From assembly GCA_035606845.1 (NCBI GenBank), contig DATNEA010000047.1, positions 36,933 through 100,932 on the forward strand: 64,000 bases of DNA, given 5' to 3'. The position numbers were made by a program, and so were the translations under genes. Source of the stretch: Candidatus Angelobacter sp. GTDB taxonomy: Bacteria > Verrucomicrobiota > Verrucomicrobiia > Limisphaerales > DASXHY01. The notes under the pieces are model-generated. The model ran no database searches. It saw only the letters and a program-made list of their open reading frames with translations, and was not told the DNA's origin. Positions 55,889 through 63,827 of the stretch are shown here, in pieces. Every line of letters begins with the position of its first letter. Positions within the stretch are counted from its first letter, which is position 1.

Positions 55889-55964
55889 GACTCGTTTTCG
55901 CCTAAATTACATGACAAAACAAGCGTGCGTTGACTTGCCGCCACTTCGCGTTCATATTCGCCCC

Positions 55965-56735
55965 ATGGACTTCGACATTTCTCCATTGCTCGAGCACTGG
56001 GCGTACAAACCCGGACAGGTTGTTGTCAGGAAATTCAAGGGCAAGGACGGCAAGGAAAAAATCCAATTGCGTGTCGATCTCGGCCTGCTGCAGATGAACG
56101 CCGAAGGCCGGCCCGATGGCAAGCGTCCCTTCGGCCATAATTCGCTCTTCGATTACTACCAGGCCAGGCTGCACAAGCATCTGGCGGCCAATAAAGGCAG
56201 CGACGATGGCTTCAGGCTCTCCGCCGAGGATTGCGCGAAGCTCCAGCTTGAGTCCCTGCAATATCATCACCGCTATATCTGCCTCCTCCAACTGGAGGAT
56301 TACGCCGGCGTGGTGCGCGATGCCGAACGCAATCTCGCGGTGTTCAATTTCGCCGGCAAACACGCCGAAACCGAGGAACTCGCCTGGTCGCTGCGCCAAT
56401 TCCAGCCGCAGTTGCTCATGATCCTCACCCGCGGCCGCGCCACGCAATCGCTCGATGCCAAGGATTATGCCGTGGCCATCGCGCAAATCGAGGAAGGCAT
56501 CGAAAGCATCCGCGAATTTTATCGCGAATACACCCGCGGCGAAACCGCCGAGCAAAGCGGCGAACTCTATTCGCTCCAGACCTGGCTCGCTGAAATCCGC
56601 GCCAATCGCCCGCTTTCACCGCGGGAAAAATTGGAACAAGCCCTGAACGACGCTGTCCAGCGCGAGGATTACGAAAAAGCCGCCCAGGTCCGCGACGAAT
56701 TGAAAAACCTGAAACCCAATAAACCCGGGGACTAA
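55965..56735 (+). CDS. UVR-motif (UvrB/UvrC-type) domain protein, conserved hypothetical
   Basis: C-terminal REDYEKAAQVRDELKNL is a UVR motif. Start at ATG 55965 (MDFDISPLLEHW); the track ORF from 55866 would overlap the divergent promoter region. Confidence 0.6.
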   Translation: MDFDISPLLEHWAYKPGQVVVRKFKGKDGKEKIQLRVDLGLLQMNAEGRPDGKRPFGHNSLFDYYQARLHKHLAANKGSDDGFRLSAEDCAKLQLESLQYHHRYICLLQLEDYAGVVRDAERNLAVFNFAGKHAETEELAWSLRQFQPQLLMILTRGRATQSLDAKDYAVAIAQIEEGIESIREFYREYTRGETAEQSGELYSLQTWLAEIRANRPLSPREKLEQALNDAVQREDYEKAAQVRDELKNLKPNKPGD

Positions 56736-56798
56736 CCACAGAATAGGCCCGCACAACCCAGGCGCGCGGCCCTCCCGTCACTCGACACTCGTCACCTT

Positions 56799-57245
56799 AT
56801 GACGCTTCAAGAACGTCTCAGCCAGGAAATGAAGTCCGCGATGCTCACCAAGGATGCGGACCGGCTCTCCACCTTGCGCCTGCTCAAGTCCGCCATAGGC
56901 TATGTGCTCGTCGAGCGCAAAGCCGAGACTTTGTCCGACGCTGATTTTGTAGCGCTCGTCCAAAAGGAAGTGAAGAAGCGCCGCGACGCCGTCGAACAAT
57001 ACGAAAAAGGCGGCCGCCCCGAACTCGCCGCCAAGGAAAAAGCCGAAATCGCCGTTCTCGAAACCTTCCTGCCGCAGCCGCTCTCACCCGAGGAACTCGA
57101 ACAACTGGTCAAAGCGACCCTCGCCGAAACCGGCGCCAAGAGCAAAAAAGACATGGGCCCGGTCATCAAAGCCGTCCAAGCCAAAGCCGCCGGCCGCGCG
57201 GATGGGAAGACAATCAGCGGGCTGGTTGGCAAGTTGTTGCCCTAG
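56799..57245 (+). CDS. yqeY: GatB/YqeY-domain protein
   Basis: Motifs MKSAMLTKDADRLSTLRLLKSAI, KEVKKRRDAVEQYEKGGRPELAAKEKAEIAVLETFLP and DMGPVIKAV are present. Typical 148-aa YqeY. Confidence 0.85.
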   Translation: MTLQERLSQEMKSAMLTKDADRLSTLRLLKSAIGYVLVERKAETLSDADFVALVQKEVKKRRDAVEQYEKGGRPELAAKEKAEIAVLETFLPQPLSPEELEQLVKATLAETGAKSKKDMGPVIKAVQAKAAGRADGKTISGLVGKLLP

Positions 57246-57295
57246 AATTTTCCACACCTAAAGCGCCAGAGGGCCGCCGCTCTTAATCTGGTCTT

Positions 57296-57727
57296 CTATC
57301 GCTGCTGCGGAAAAATCTGGTAGAGCAACAAATAAATCAGCACTCCCGTCACCGAAACATACATCCAGATCGGCCAGGTCCAGCGCGCGATTCGTTTGTG
57401 CTTATCAAACCGCTGCCGCAAGGCGAACGTCAGCGTGATGATAACCAGCGGCACAATGATCATCGCGAGAATCGTGTGCGTGGCCAAAATCGCGAGGTAA
57501 ATCGGCCGAAACCACGTCGGATTCCGGAAATGCGTGATGCCCGGAACCATGAAATGATAAGTGAGGTAACTGGCCAGGAAGAGCACCGAGCTGCACACCG
57601 CCGCAATCATGCAGTTCCGGTGCGCGATGACTTTGCCGCGTTTGACGAAGTAATAACCGAACCCCAGGAACACGCCGGCCAGGCCGTTGAATGTTGCGTT
57701 GCAGGCCGGCAGATCGTGAACCGTCAC
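57296..57727 (-). CDS. DUF420 membrane protein (cytochrome-oxidase-cluster associated)
   Basis: Four hydrophobic segments; HRNCM...HTILA...RQRFDKHKRIARWTWPIWMYVSVTG is typical of DUF420. Start set at GTG 57727, giving a GTGA overlap with the SCO stop. The 190-aa track ORF overlaps the SCO gene. Confidence 0.7.
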   Translation of the reverse strand: MTVHDLPACNATFNGLAGVFLGFGYYFVKRGKVIAHRNCMIAAVCSSVLFLASYLTYHFMVPGITHFRNPTWFRPIYLAILATHTILAMIIVPLVIITLTFALRQRFDKHKRIARWTWPIWMYVSVTGVLIYLLLYQIFPQQR

Positions 57728-58380
57728 GGCTCGCGCTCCAATTGCTTGGCTTCTGCCAGAAGCTTTTGCTTCTCCGCCGGCCAGCTCACATCGTCGCCGC
57801 CCGTCTGACAAATCGCCCGCAACTGCCCATGCTTGTCCACCAGCACAAAGATCGTGCTGTGCACCCACAAATCCTCCGGCGTGACGCGTTCTTCCGGCGT
57901 CTTTTCCACGGCGGACAATTTCAGGCTATCCACGGCCAGATGGTTGACCTGCTTCTTCGTGCCGGTCAAAAACAACCAACGGCTCGCATCCGCGCCATTC
58001 CGTTCGGCATAACGTTTCAAAACGGCCGGCGTATCGTAATCGGGATCGGTGGTCAGCGTAATCAGCCGCGTGGAATCATCCTTGGGCAAGGCATCCTGCA
58101 GCTCCTTCATTTGATGCGTCATCCGGATGCACGGTCCCGGGCACCGGGTAAAAATGATGTCGGCAATCCACACGCGCCCTTGCAAATCATTCAGGGAAAC
58201 AACGCCGCCATCCTGATTGGTGAGCGAAAAATCCGCGACCTGCGCGTATACCGGAAGCGGCGGTTGGTCCGCCGTGCGCGCCTCAACCCGGGCGAACCAA
58301 AACGCCAGCCCCGCCACGAGCGCGAGGAGCACAAACCCGATCCCTATCGTCCATGGGAATCTGCGCGGGGCCGGGTTCAT
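57724..58380 (-). CDS. SCO1/SenC-family copper chaperone (thioredoxin fold)
   Basis: N-terminal TM segment; CxxxC motif in FTRCPGPCIRMT; conserved downstream His region. Confidence 0.85.
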   Translation of the reverse strand: MNPAPRRFPWTIGIGFVLLALVAGLAFWFARVEARTADQPPLPVYAQVADFSLTNQDGGVVSLNDLQGRVWIADIIFTRCPGPCIRMTHQMKELQDALPKDDSTRLITLTTDPDYDTPAVLKRYAERNGADASRWLFLTGTKKQVNHLAVDSLKLSAVEKTPEERVTPEDLWVHSTIFVLVDKHGQLRAICQTGGDDVSWPAEKQKLLAEAKQLEREP

Positions 58381-58413
58381 AACTTAAGCGTCCGAAACGA
58401 CGCCTTTGTACAC

Positions 58414-59175
58414 TTATTCAAAGCTGCCGCCGCCGGCGCCCGTCGGAGTCTGGCTGGCGATCCATTTATCGTAATCTTCCTGCGTTTGGACATACAAATA
58501 ACCACCTGCCATGCTCGCATGCCCCTGGCCGCACAATTGCGCGCAATTGATCTGGTAAATGCCGACCTTCGTGGGGATGAAGTGAATCGGAATGCGCATG
58601 CCCGGGATCGCGTCCTGCGTCACGCGCATCGCAATCACCTTGAACGAATGGATCACGTCCTTCGACGAAAGCTTGATGATGACCGGCTTGTTCACGACCA
58701 CATGCACCTGGTTCATCGTCTGGATGTCGTCCTTGCCGGCGGGATCGTTGGTATCCACGCCGAACATGTTCTCCGAAGTCACGAAACTCATGTCCTGCCT
58801 GCCAAAAACGCCATCCTTGCCTGGATAACGCACGTTCCAGGCGAATTGCTGCGCCACGATTTGAATGACCGTCGCGTCTTTCTCGTTTGGCGGAGGCGTC
58901 ACATTTTTGGCCCACAGCGGCACGGCGACGAAAATCAGGAGCAACGCTTCCACCAATGCCACCACCACTTCAATGTAGTTCGACGCGTGGTTTCTCACGC
59001 CCAGGTAATCGGCCTTGGGATTGCGCGACTTGTGGAACCGGAACAGCACGTACGCAAAATACGAGAGCCAGCCGATGAAGAGCGCGATCATCAAGTAGTG
59101 GACATAAATAATCAGCCGGTCCACGTCCGCGCCGTGTTTGGAAGCGAGGGGAGGTAATCCAAGAAGTTTTTCCAT
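58414..59175 (-). CDS. ctaC: Cytochrome c oxidase subunit II (no fused cytochrome c domain)
   Basis: Two N-terminal TM helices and a cupredoxin domain. CuA site VIHSF...CAQLCGQGHASM. No CxxCH motif. Confidence 0.9.
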   Translation of the reverse strand: MEKLLGLPPLASKHGADVDRLIIYVHYLMIALFIGWLSYFAYVLFRFHKSRNPKADYLGVRNHASNYIEVVVALVEALLLIFVAVPLWAKNVTPPPNEKDATVIQIVAQQFAWNVRYPGKDGVFGRQDMSFVTSENMFGVDTNDPAGKDDIQTMNQVHVVVNKPVIIKLSSKDVIHSFKVIAMRVTQDAIPGMRIPIHFIPTKVGIYQINCAQLCGQGHASMAGGYLYVQTQEDYDKWIASQTPTGAGGGSFE

Positions 59176-59177
59176 CG

Positions 59178-59456
59178 TCAGGCCTTTTCAGTGGGTTCGG
59201 TCTTCGTTGCAGGATCCGCGTCGGGTTGGTTCGCAGCCTCCGCGGACTTTTTTCCAATAAAAACAAAAAATGTCGCAATGCTGCCCAGCACCATGACCAC
59301 CACGCCCAGCAAGCTAAAAATCCCCCAGTTCATGCCCTTGGCCATCGGCGCGTCCGACGCGCCATAACAAGCGGCGCAGGCAAACAACGAGGCGGGCTGG
59401 AGCGCCAGCGCGACCAGCAATCCCGCAACCAGAGTTTTATATTTCCGCAAATTCAT
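59178..59456 (-). CDS. Small membrane protein (92 aa) with CAACYG motif
   Basis: Start ATG 59456 (MNLRKYKTLVAGLL...) overlaps the upstream stop (ATGA). It has a signal/TM segment, the CAACYG motif, a second TM and an acidic/Pro-rich tail. The 137-aa track ORF is an extension. Confidence 0.5.
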   Translation of the reverse strand: MNLRKYKTLVAGLLVALALQPASLFACAACYGASDAPMAKGMNWGIFSLLGVVVMVLGSIATFFVFIGKKSAEAANQPDADPATKTEPTEKA

Positions 59457-59659
59457 AAATAACTCACGTTTTTGGTTTTCTTGAGAAAATAGCGCTCGTA
59501 AAAAATCAGCCCAACCCCGGCCGCGACCGAAACCAGCGCGAAAATCAGCTTCAACACGCCGCCTTCGTGGAAAAAATCCGTCGCCAGCCACGCGCCGAAT
59601 CCGAACGCCAGCGTGATGGACGCCACGATGAACACAACATGGAAGGCTTTCAGTGACAT
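59453..59659 (-). CDS. Small two-TM membrane protein (68 aa)
   Basis: Two clear hydrophobic helices. Sits between subunit IV and the 92-aa ORF with a 4-nt overlap. Confidence 0.5.
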   Translation of the reverse strand: MSLKAFHVVFIVASITLAFGFGAWLATDFFHEGGVLKLIFALVSVAAGVGLIFYERYFLKKTKNVSYL

Positions 59660-59672
59660 AATTCAGCGCGCG

Positions 59673-59999
59673 TTAATGGGTGACCGTCAGGGCCGGAAAA
59701 TCGGCAAACGACCAAATCGTCAGCGCCATCAGGCCGGCAAAGAAAAACGCCGTGAAGCAAAGGATTCCATAAATCATCTTGCGCTCCGAAATCAAATGCA
59801 TGAAGAACCCCGCCACCAGGGAGGCCTTGCTGGCCGCAATGAACAAGGCCACGGCGACGTTGATTTCACGGGTGGGAAAGCGGATGTACGAGGCCCATAC
59901 CGTAAGGATGGTGCCGAAAATCAACGCCACAAAAACCAGGAGATAGCGCCGGACGTGCGAGGCAAAATGATCAGGATGCTCGGTATGTTGTTCGCTCAT
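59673..59999 (-). CDS. Cytochrome c oxidase subunit IV (prokaryotic COX4_pro family)
   Basis: 108 aa. An N-terminal His-rich stretch followed by RRYLLVFVALIFGTILTV and two more TM helices is typical of CtaF/CyoD-like subunits. Confidence 0.75.
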   Translation of the reverse strand: MSEQHTEHPDHFASHVRRYLLVFVALIFGTILTVWASYIRFPTREINVAVALFIAASKASLVAGFFMHLISERKMIYGILCFTAFFFAGLMALTIWSFADFPALTVTH

Positions 60000-60006
60000 A
60001 AATCAA

Positions 60007-60843
60007 TCACAATAAGTATAGGACGGGGAACAGAAAAATCCAAACCAGGTCGACAAAGTGCCAGAACAACCCGGAAACCTCCACCCGGTTCGTGAACCGC
60101 TCCGGGTCTTCCTTCCACATCTTGCCGCCAAAAGCCCAGAGGTAAAAAATCACAATCGCGCCGCCGATGACGTGCAACGCGTGCAACCCCGTGAGGGTAA
60201 AATAAAGCGCCGTGTAGGTGTTCTGCCAGGGAGCGTAGTTCCGCATCGAAACGATGTCCGAAGCATTGTACTTCAATTCCTTGTAAACGATCGTCTTCGC
60301 TTCCGGCGAACGCATGTCATACAATTTGTTCAGCTCCGTTTGCAGTTCCTTGCCGGTTTTGTTGCGAAAATCCAATTCATGGCCGTGAATCACGAAGTAA
60401 CCCGTCTTTTTCTCGAGATTGAAATCCGGTGATTTTTCCACCAAGTGTCCGTCGGCAGTGAGCCCGTTTGTCAGCTCGATGCGGTAGTGGATCCATTTGT
60501 CGTGATACTCGTATGATTTGATGCACAAAAACGTGATCGCGCAGCAGAGCGTGATGGCGTGGAAAAATTTGAACTTTCCGTAGTTGTTCATCTTCAGCGA
60601 CGCCCAGGCCATCACGGTGGTGATGGAGGACGTGATGAGCACGAGCGTGTTCGCCGTGCCGAGGGGGATGTTCAGCCAGCCGTGCGGCCAGTAACCTTCC
60701 TGCGAACCGACGCGCAGGAGGATGTAGGCCGAAAACAGCGCGCCGAAGAGCATCACTTCCGATGCGAGGAAAAGCCAGATACCGACCTTGGCGTTGTAAA
60801 GACCGGTGTCCTTGCGAATCTCTGTTGTGTACGGAATTTCCAT
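60007..60843 (-). CDS. ctaE: Cytochrome c oxidase subunit III, with a long hydrophilic insertion
   Basis: Motifs MLFGALFSAYILLR, TLTGLHALHVIGG and FWHFVDLVWIFLFPVLYL are present. About 95 hydrophilic residues (nt ~60220-60504) lie between TM3 and TM4. Confidence 0.85.
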   Translation of the reverse strand: MEIPYTTEIRKDTGLYNAKVGIWLFLASEVMLFGALFSAYILLRVGSQEGYWPHGWLNIPLGTANTLVLITSSITTVMAWASLKMNNYGKFKFFHAITLCCAITFLCIKSYEYHDKWIHYRIELTNGLTADGHLVEKSPDFNLEKKTGYFVIHGHELDFRNKTGKELQTELNKLYDMRSPEAKTIVYKELKYNASDIVSMRNYAPWQNTYTALYFTLTGLHALHVIGGAIVIFYLWAFGGKMWKEDPERFTNRVEVSGLFWHFVDLVWIFLFPVLYLL

Positions 60844-60855
60844 GAATAGATAAAG

Positions 60856-62673
60856 TTAAGCTTTCTCCGGTTCGTTTTGCGGCGTGAAATCCCTGGCATG
60901 GCCGGGCACGCTGTATTCGTAAGGGCCGCGATAAACCACCGGGGCTTTGGCAAAATTGCCGTGCGGCGGCGGGGTGGGCGTCTGCCATTCAAGCGTGGTG
61001 GCTTGCCAGGGATTGTCCGAGCCGGCCGGTTTGCCGTGCTTGATGCTCCAGAAGAAATTGATAATGAACGGAATCTGCGAAATCCCCAAACCAACCACCG
61101 CCCACAGGATGAACACATGCAGCCGAATCAGGCTGTCGCTCAAGCCGCCGGTCACAATCAGGCCCGTGGCCGCGTTATGCGCCGCGGTGTAATTCGCGCC
61201 GCCGTCGGACATGCGCCGGATCATCCCCGCCATGCCCTGCGCGAACATCGGCTGGAAAATCAGGTTCATGCAGATCAATGACAGCCAGAAATGCACTTGG
61301 CCCCAGAATTCATTCATCATGCGGCCCGTCATTTTCGGGTACCAATAGTAAATGCCCGCAAACAGCGCAAAAATCGTCCCCGGCGCCACGATATAATGGA
61401 AGTGCGCGATCACGTAATAGGTGTCGTGCAGGTGCAAATCGCTGAAGTTGAAACCCAGCGGCAATCCCGTCAAACCGCCGATGCCGAACATCGGCAGAAA
61501 CGCCATCACAAACAACATCGGCGTGTTAAAGCGAATCGAACCGCCCCACAGCGACAGGAACATGCAGGTCAGGATGATGACCGAAGGAATCGAAATGATC
61601 ATCGTGGTGGTCTGGAAGAACGTCGCCACCCGGACGCCCATGCCCGTCAGATACATATGGTGCGCCCACACGATGAACGACATGAAACCGATGGTCAGCG
61701 CCGAGTAGACCAGCGATTTGTAACCCCAAATCGGCTTGCGCGTGTTGTTCGCGATGATTTCCGCCACAATGCCCATCGCGGGCAGGATCAGCACGTACAC
61801 TTCCGGATGTCCCAGGAACCAGAACAAGTGCTGCCACAACAACGGACTGCCGCCGCCGCTGATGGTTCCCAGCGTGCCGACCGCCAGACCGGTGGGCAGA
61901 AAGAAACTCGTATGCGCGACTTTGTCCATCAATTGCATGATGCTCGCCGCTTCCAGCGGCGGGAATGCCAGCAAGAGCAGGAACGCCGTCACGAATTGCG
62001 ACCACACAAAAAACGGCAAGCGCATCCAGGTCATGCCCGGCGCGCGAAGCTGGATGATTGTCGCAATGAAATTCACCGCGCCCAGCAGCGAGGACGTGAT
62101 CAGGAAAATCATGCCGATCAGCCAGAAGGTCTGGCCGTTCGTCGCGACGGCGGTCGCCAGCGGTGAATAGGAGGTCCAGCCGGCCTGCGCCGCGCCGCCC
62201 GGGATGAAAAAGCTGGTGAGCATGACAACACCGCCGACCACATACGATTGATAGCTCGCCATGTTCACGCGCGGGAACGCCATATCTGGCGCGCCAATCA
62301 TCAGCGGCACCACGTAATTCCCGAACGCCGCAAACGCCAGCGGCACAATCGCGAGAAACACCATGATGGTCCCGTGCATGGCGCCGAAGGAATTATAGAG
62401 TTCGGCCGAAATCTTGCCCTGGCTGGCCACGCTGCCCAGCACTTTTTCCAGCAACGGCCCGACAATCGGAACCGGGACGTTCGGATGCGCAATCTGCCAG
62501 CGCATCATCATCATCAGCAGAAACCCAAAAAACAAAAAGCACAGCGCGGTGATGCCGTACTGAATGCCGATGATTTTATGATCGGTGGAGAAGATGTAGG
62601 TGCGCCAGAAGCCCGCATGCTCGTGATGCTCCTCATGAACTCCGGTATGTGGAATTGCGTGTGTCGCCTGCAT
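60856..62673 (-). CDS. ctaD: Cytochrome c oxidase subunit I (heme-copper oxidase)
   Basis: 605 aa. Motifs WFLGHPEVYVLILPAMG, HHMYLTG and AHFHYIV are canonical heme a/a3-CuB ligand regions. Confidence 0.95.
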   Translation of the reverse strand: MQATHAIPHTGVHEEHHEHAGFWRTYIFSTDHKIIGIQYGITALCFLFFGFLLMMMMRWQIAHPNVPVPIVGPLLEKVLGSVASQGKISAELYNSFGAMHGTIMVFLAIVPLAFAAFGNYVVPLMIGAPDMAFPRVNMASYQSYVVGGVVMLTSFFIPGGAAQAGWTSYSPLATAVATNGQTFWLIGMIFLITSSLLGAVNFIATIIQLRAPGMTWMRLPFFVWSQFVTAFLLLLAFPPLEAASIMQLMDKVAHTSFFLPTGLAVGTLGTISGGGSPLLWQHLFWFLGHPEVYVLILPAMGIVAEIIANNTRKPIWGYKSLVYSALTIGFMSFIVWAHHMYLTGMGVRVATFFQTTTMIISIPSVIILTCMFLSLWGGSIRFNTPMLFVMAFLPMFGIGGLTGLPLGFNFSDLHLHDTYYVIAHFHYIVAPGTIFALFAGIYYWYPKMTGRMMNEFWGQVHFWLSLICMNLIFQPMFAQGMAGMIRRMSDGGANYTAAHNAATGLIVTGGLSDSLIRLHVFILWAVVGLGISQIPFIINFFWSIKHGKPAGSDNPWQATTLEWQTPTPPPHGNFAKAPVVYRGPYEYSVPGHARDFTPQNEPEKA

Positions 62674-62777
62674 TTTATCAATTCATTAGCTAAACATCTT
62701 TTGACCAACCGATGCCAAATGCGAATTAGTGAACTGGACTCAGCCAGACGTGTCAACGGCGGAGTCAAGTTTGACTC

Positions 62778-62927
62778 GTTAAATAAGTTAAAATGTTAAT
62801 CAAGTTAAATAGGTCAAATGGTTAAATTGGAAACGCGAATGTCGCGGTTTGACTTTTAACAAGTCACTTATTTAACCATTTAACGAATCACTCATTTAAC
62901 TCACTTAACTCACTTAACTCACTTAAC
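62778..62927. repeat. Two head-to-head arrays of 8-9 bp GTTAA(A/G)T-type units flanking a GC-rich core, in the ctaB-ctaD spacer
   Basis: GTTAA on the + strand occurs at 62778, 62787, 62795, 62804, (GTCAA at 62813) and 62821. TTAAC on the + strand (GTTAA on the minus strand) occurs at 62856, 62872, 62880, 62896, 62905, 62914 and 62923. The core AAACGCGAATGTCGCGGTTT lies at 62831-62850. Confidence 0.85.
62892..62927 (-). repeat. Four tandem 9-bp units (GTTAAGTGA x3, GTTAAATGA) that include the ctaB stop codon
   Basis: The minus strand reads ...GAT AAG GTT AAG TGA GTT AAG TGA GTT AAG TGA GTT AAA TGA. Each unit is in frame as Val-Lys-stop. Confidence 0.9.
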
Positions 62928-63824
62928 CTTATCCAAGACCATCATCACCAGCAGCATCGGCAAATATAAAATCGAAACAAAAAACAGTTGTCGCGCGCGC
63001 GGAATCGTCATGTACCGGGCAAATTGCACCGCGAACCAAAGAAAGGCCACGCCCAGCACCAGCGCGCCCACCAGGTAAATCGGACCGGTGACGTGAAACA
63101 AAAACGGACACAAACTCACCGGCAACAAGCCCAGCGTGTAAACCACCGCCTGGCGTCCGGTGCGTTCTCCGTGCGGATCCACCACAGGCAGCATTTTGAA
63201 CCCCGCCTTCGCATATTCCTCGCGATACATCCAGGCGATCGCCATGAAATGCGGCAATTGCCAAAAGGCCAGGATCGCAAACAGCGCCCAGCCTTCATGG
63301 CTCAATTCACCCCGCGCCGCCGTCCACCCCATGAGCGGCGGCAAAGCGCCCGGCACCGCGCCGACCGCTGTGTTCAGCCACGTCATGCGCTTCAACGGCG
63401 TGTAAATGAACACGTAGCTCATCAGCGAAATCGCGCCGATGACGCTCGTCGTCAGGTTCACCGCCACCGCCAATTCCAACAGGCCCGCGCACGCGGTCAC
63501 GCCGCCAAAGACCATCACCGTCGTCGGCTGCAACCGGCCCGACGGCAGCGGACGATTTTTCGTGCGGCGCATTTTCGCATCGTGCTCGCGCTCGATAAGC
63601 TGGTTCAACGCCGCCGCTCCGCTCGCCACCAGCGCCGTGCCAAACACCGCATGAAACATCAGCAAATAATTCACCGGGCCGGGGGACGCGAGATAAAAAC
63701 CAACCAGCGTGGTCAGCACCACCAGAAACGTGAGCCGTGCCTTGATCAAATCCGCATACACCGCCACCCAGCCCTTTTCGGCTGGGTTCACTTCATTCAA
63801 CGTTTGTACTGATGCTTCTTTCAT
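62919..63824 (-). CDS. ctaB: Protoheme IX farnesyltransferase (heme O synthase)
   Basis: UbiA-family motifs NQLIEREHDAKMRRTKNRPLPSGRL and multiple TM helices. The stop codon is embedded in a 9-bp tandem repeat. Confidence 0.9.
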   Translation of the reverse strand: MKEASVQTLNEVNPAEKGWVAVYADLIKARLTFLVVLTTLVGFYLASPGPVNYLLMFHAVFGTALVASGAAALNQLIEREHDAKMRRTKNRPLPSGRLQPTTVMVFGGVTACAGLLELAVAVNLTTSVIGAISLMSYVFIYTPLKRMTWLNTAVGAVPGALPPLMGWTAARGELSHEGWALFAILAFWQLPHFMAIAWMYREEYAKAGFKMLPVVDPHGERTGRQAVVYTLGLLPVSLCPFLFHVTGPIYLVGALVLGVAFLWFAVQFARYMTIPRARQLFFVSILYLPMLLVMMVLDKVK

Positions 63825-63827
63825 GCT

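Noticed and set aside
62762-62829. Assignment of the palindrome and GTTAA repeats to a known regulator (FNR/FixK TTGA-N6-TCAA, ArcA direct repeats at 11-bp spacing, Rex TTGTGAA-N4-TTCACAA).
   Set aside because: Half-site orientation and spacing do not fit any of these consensus sites. The palindrome is TCAA-N2-TTGA and the repeats have 8-9 bp periodicity. No named regulator can be supported.
62892-62927. Possible CRISPR array, suggested by the tandem repeats.
   Set aside because: The units are 9 bp and directly abutting with no spacers. There are no cas genes, so this is not a CRISPR array.
62674-62930. Possible chromosomal replication origin (AT-rich, repeated short motifs, a TTATCCAAG DnaA-box-like 9-mer at 62929).
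   Set aside because: Only one imperfect DnaA-box-like sequence is present, and it lies inside ctaB coding sequence. No dnaA, dnaN or parAB genes are nearby. The repeated unit is not a DnaA box.
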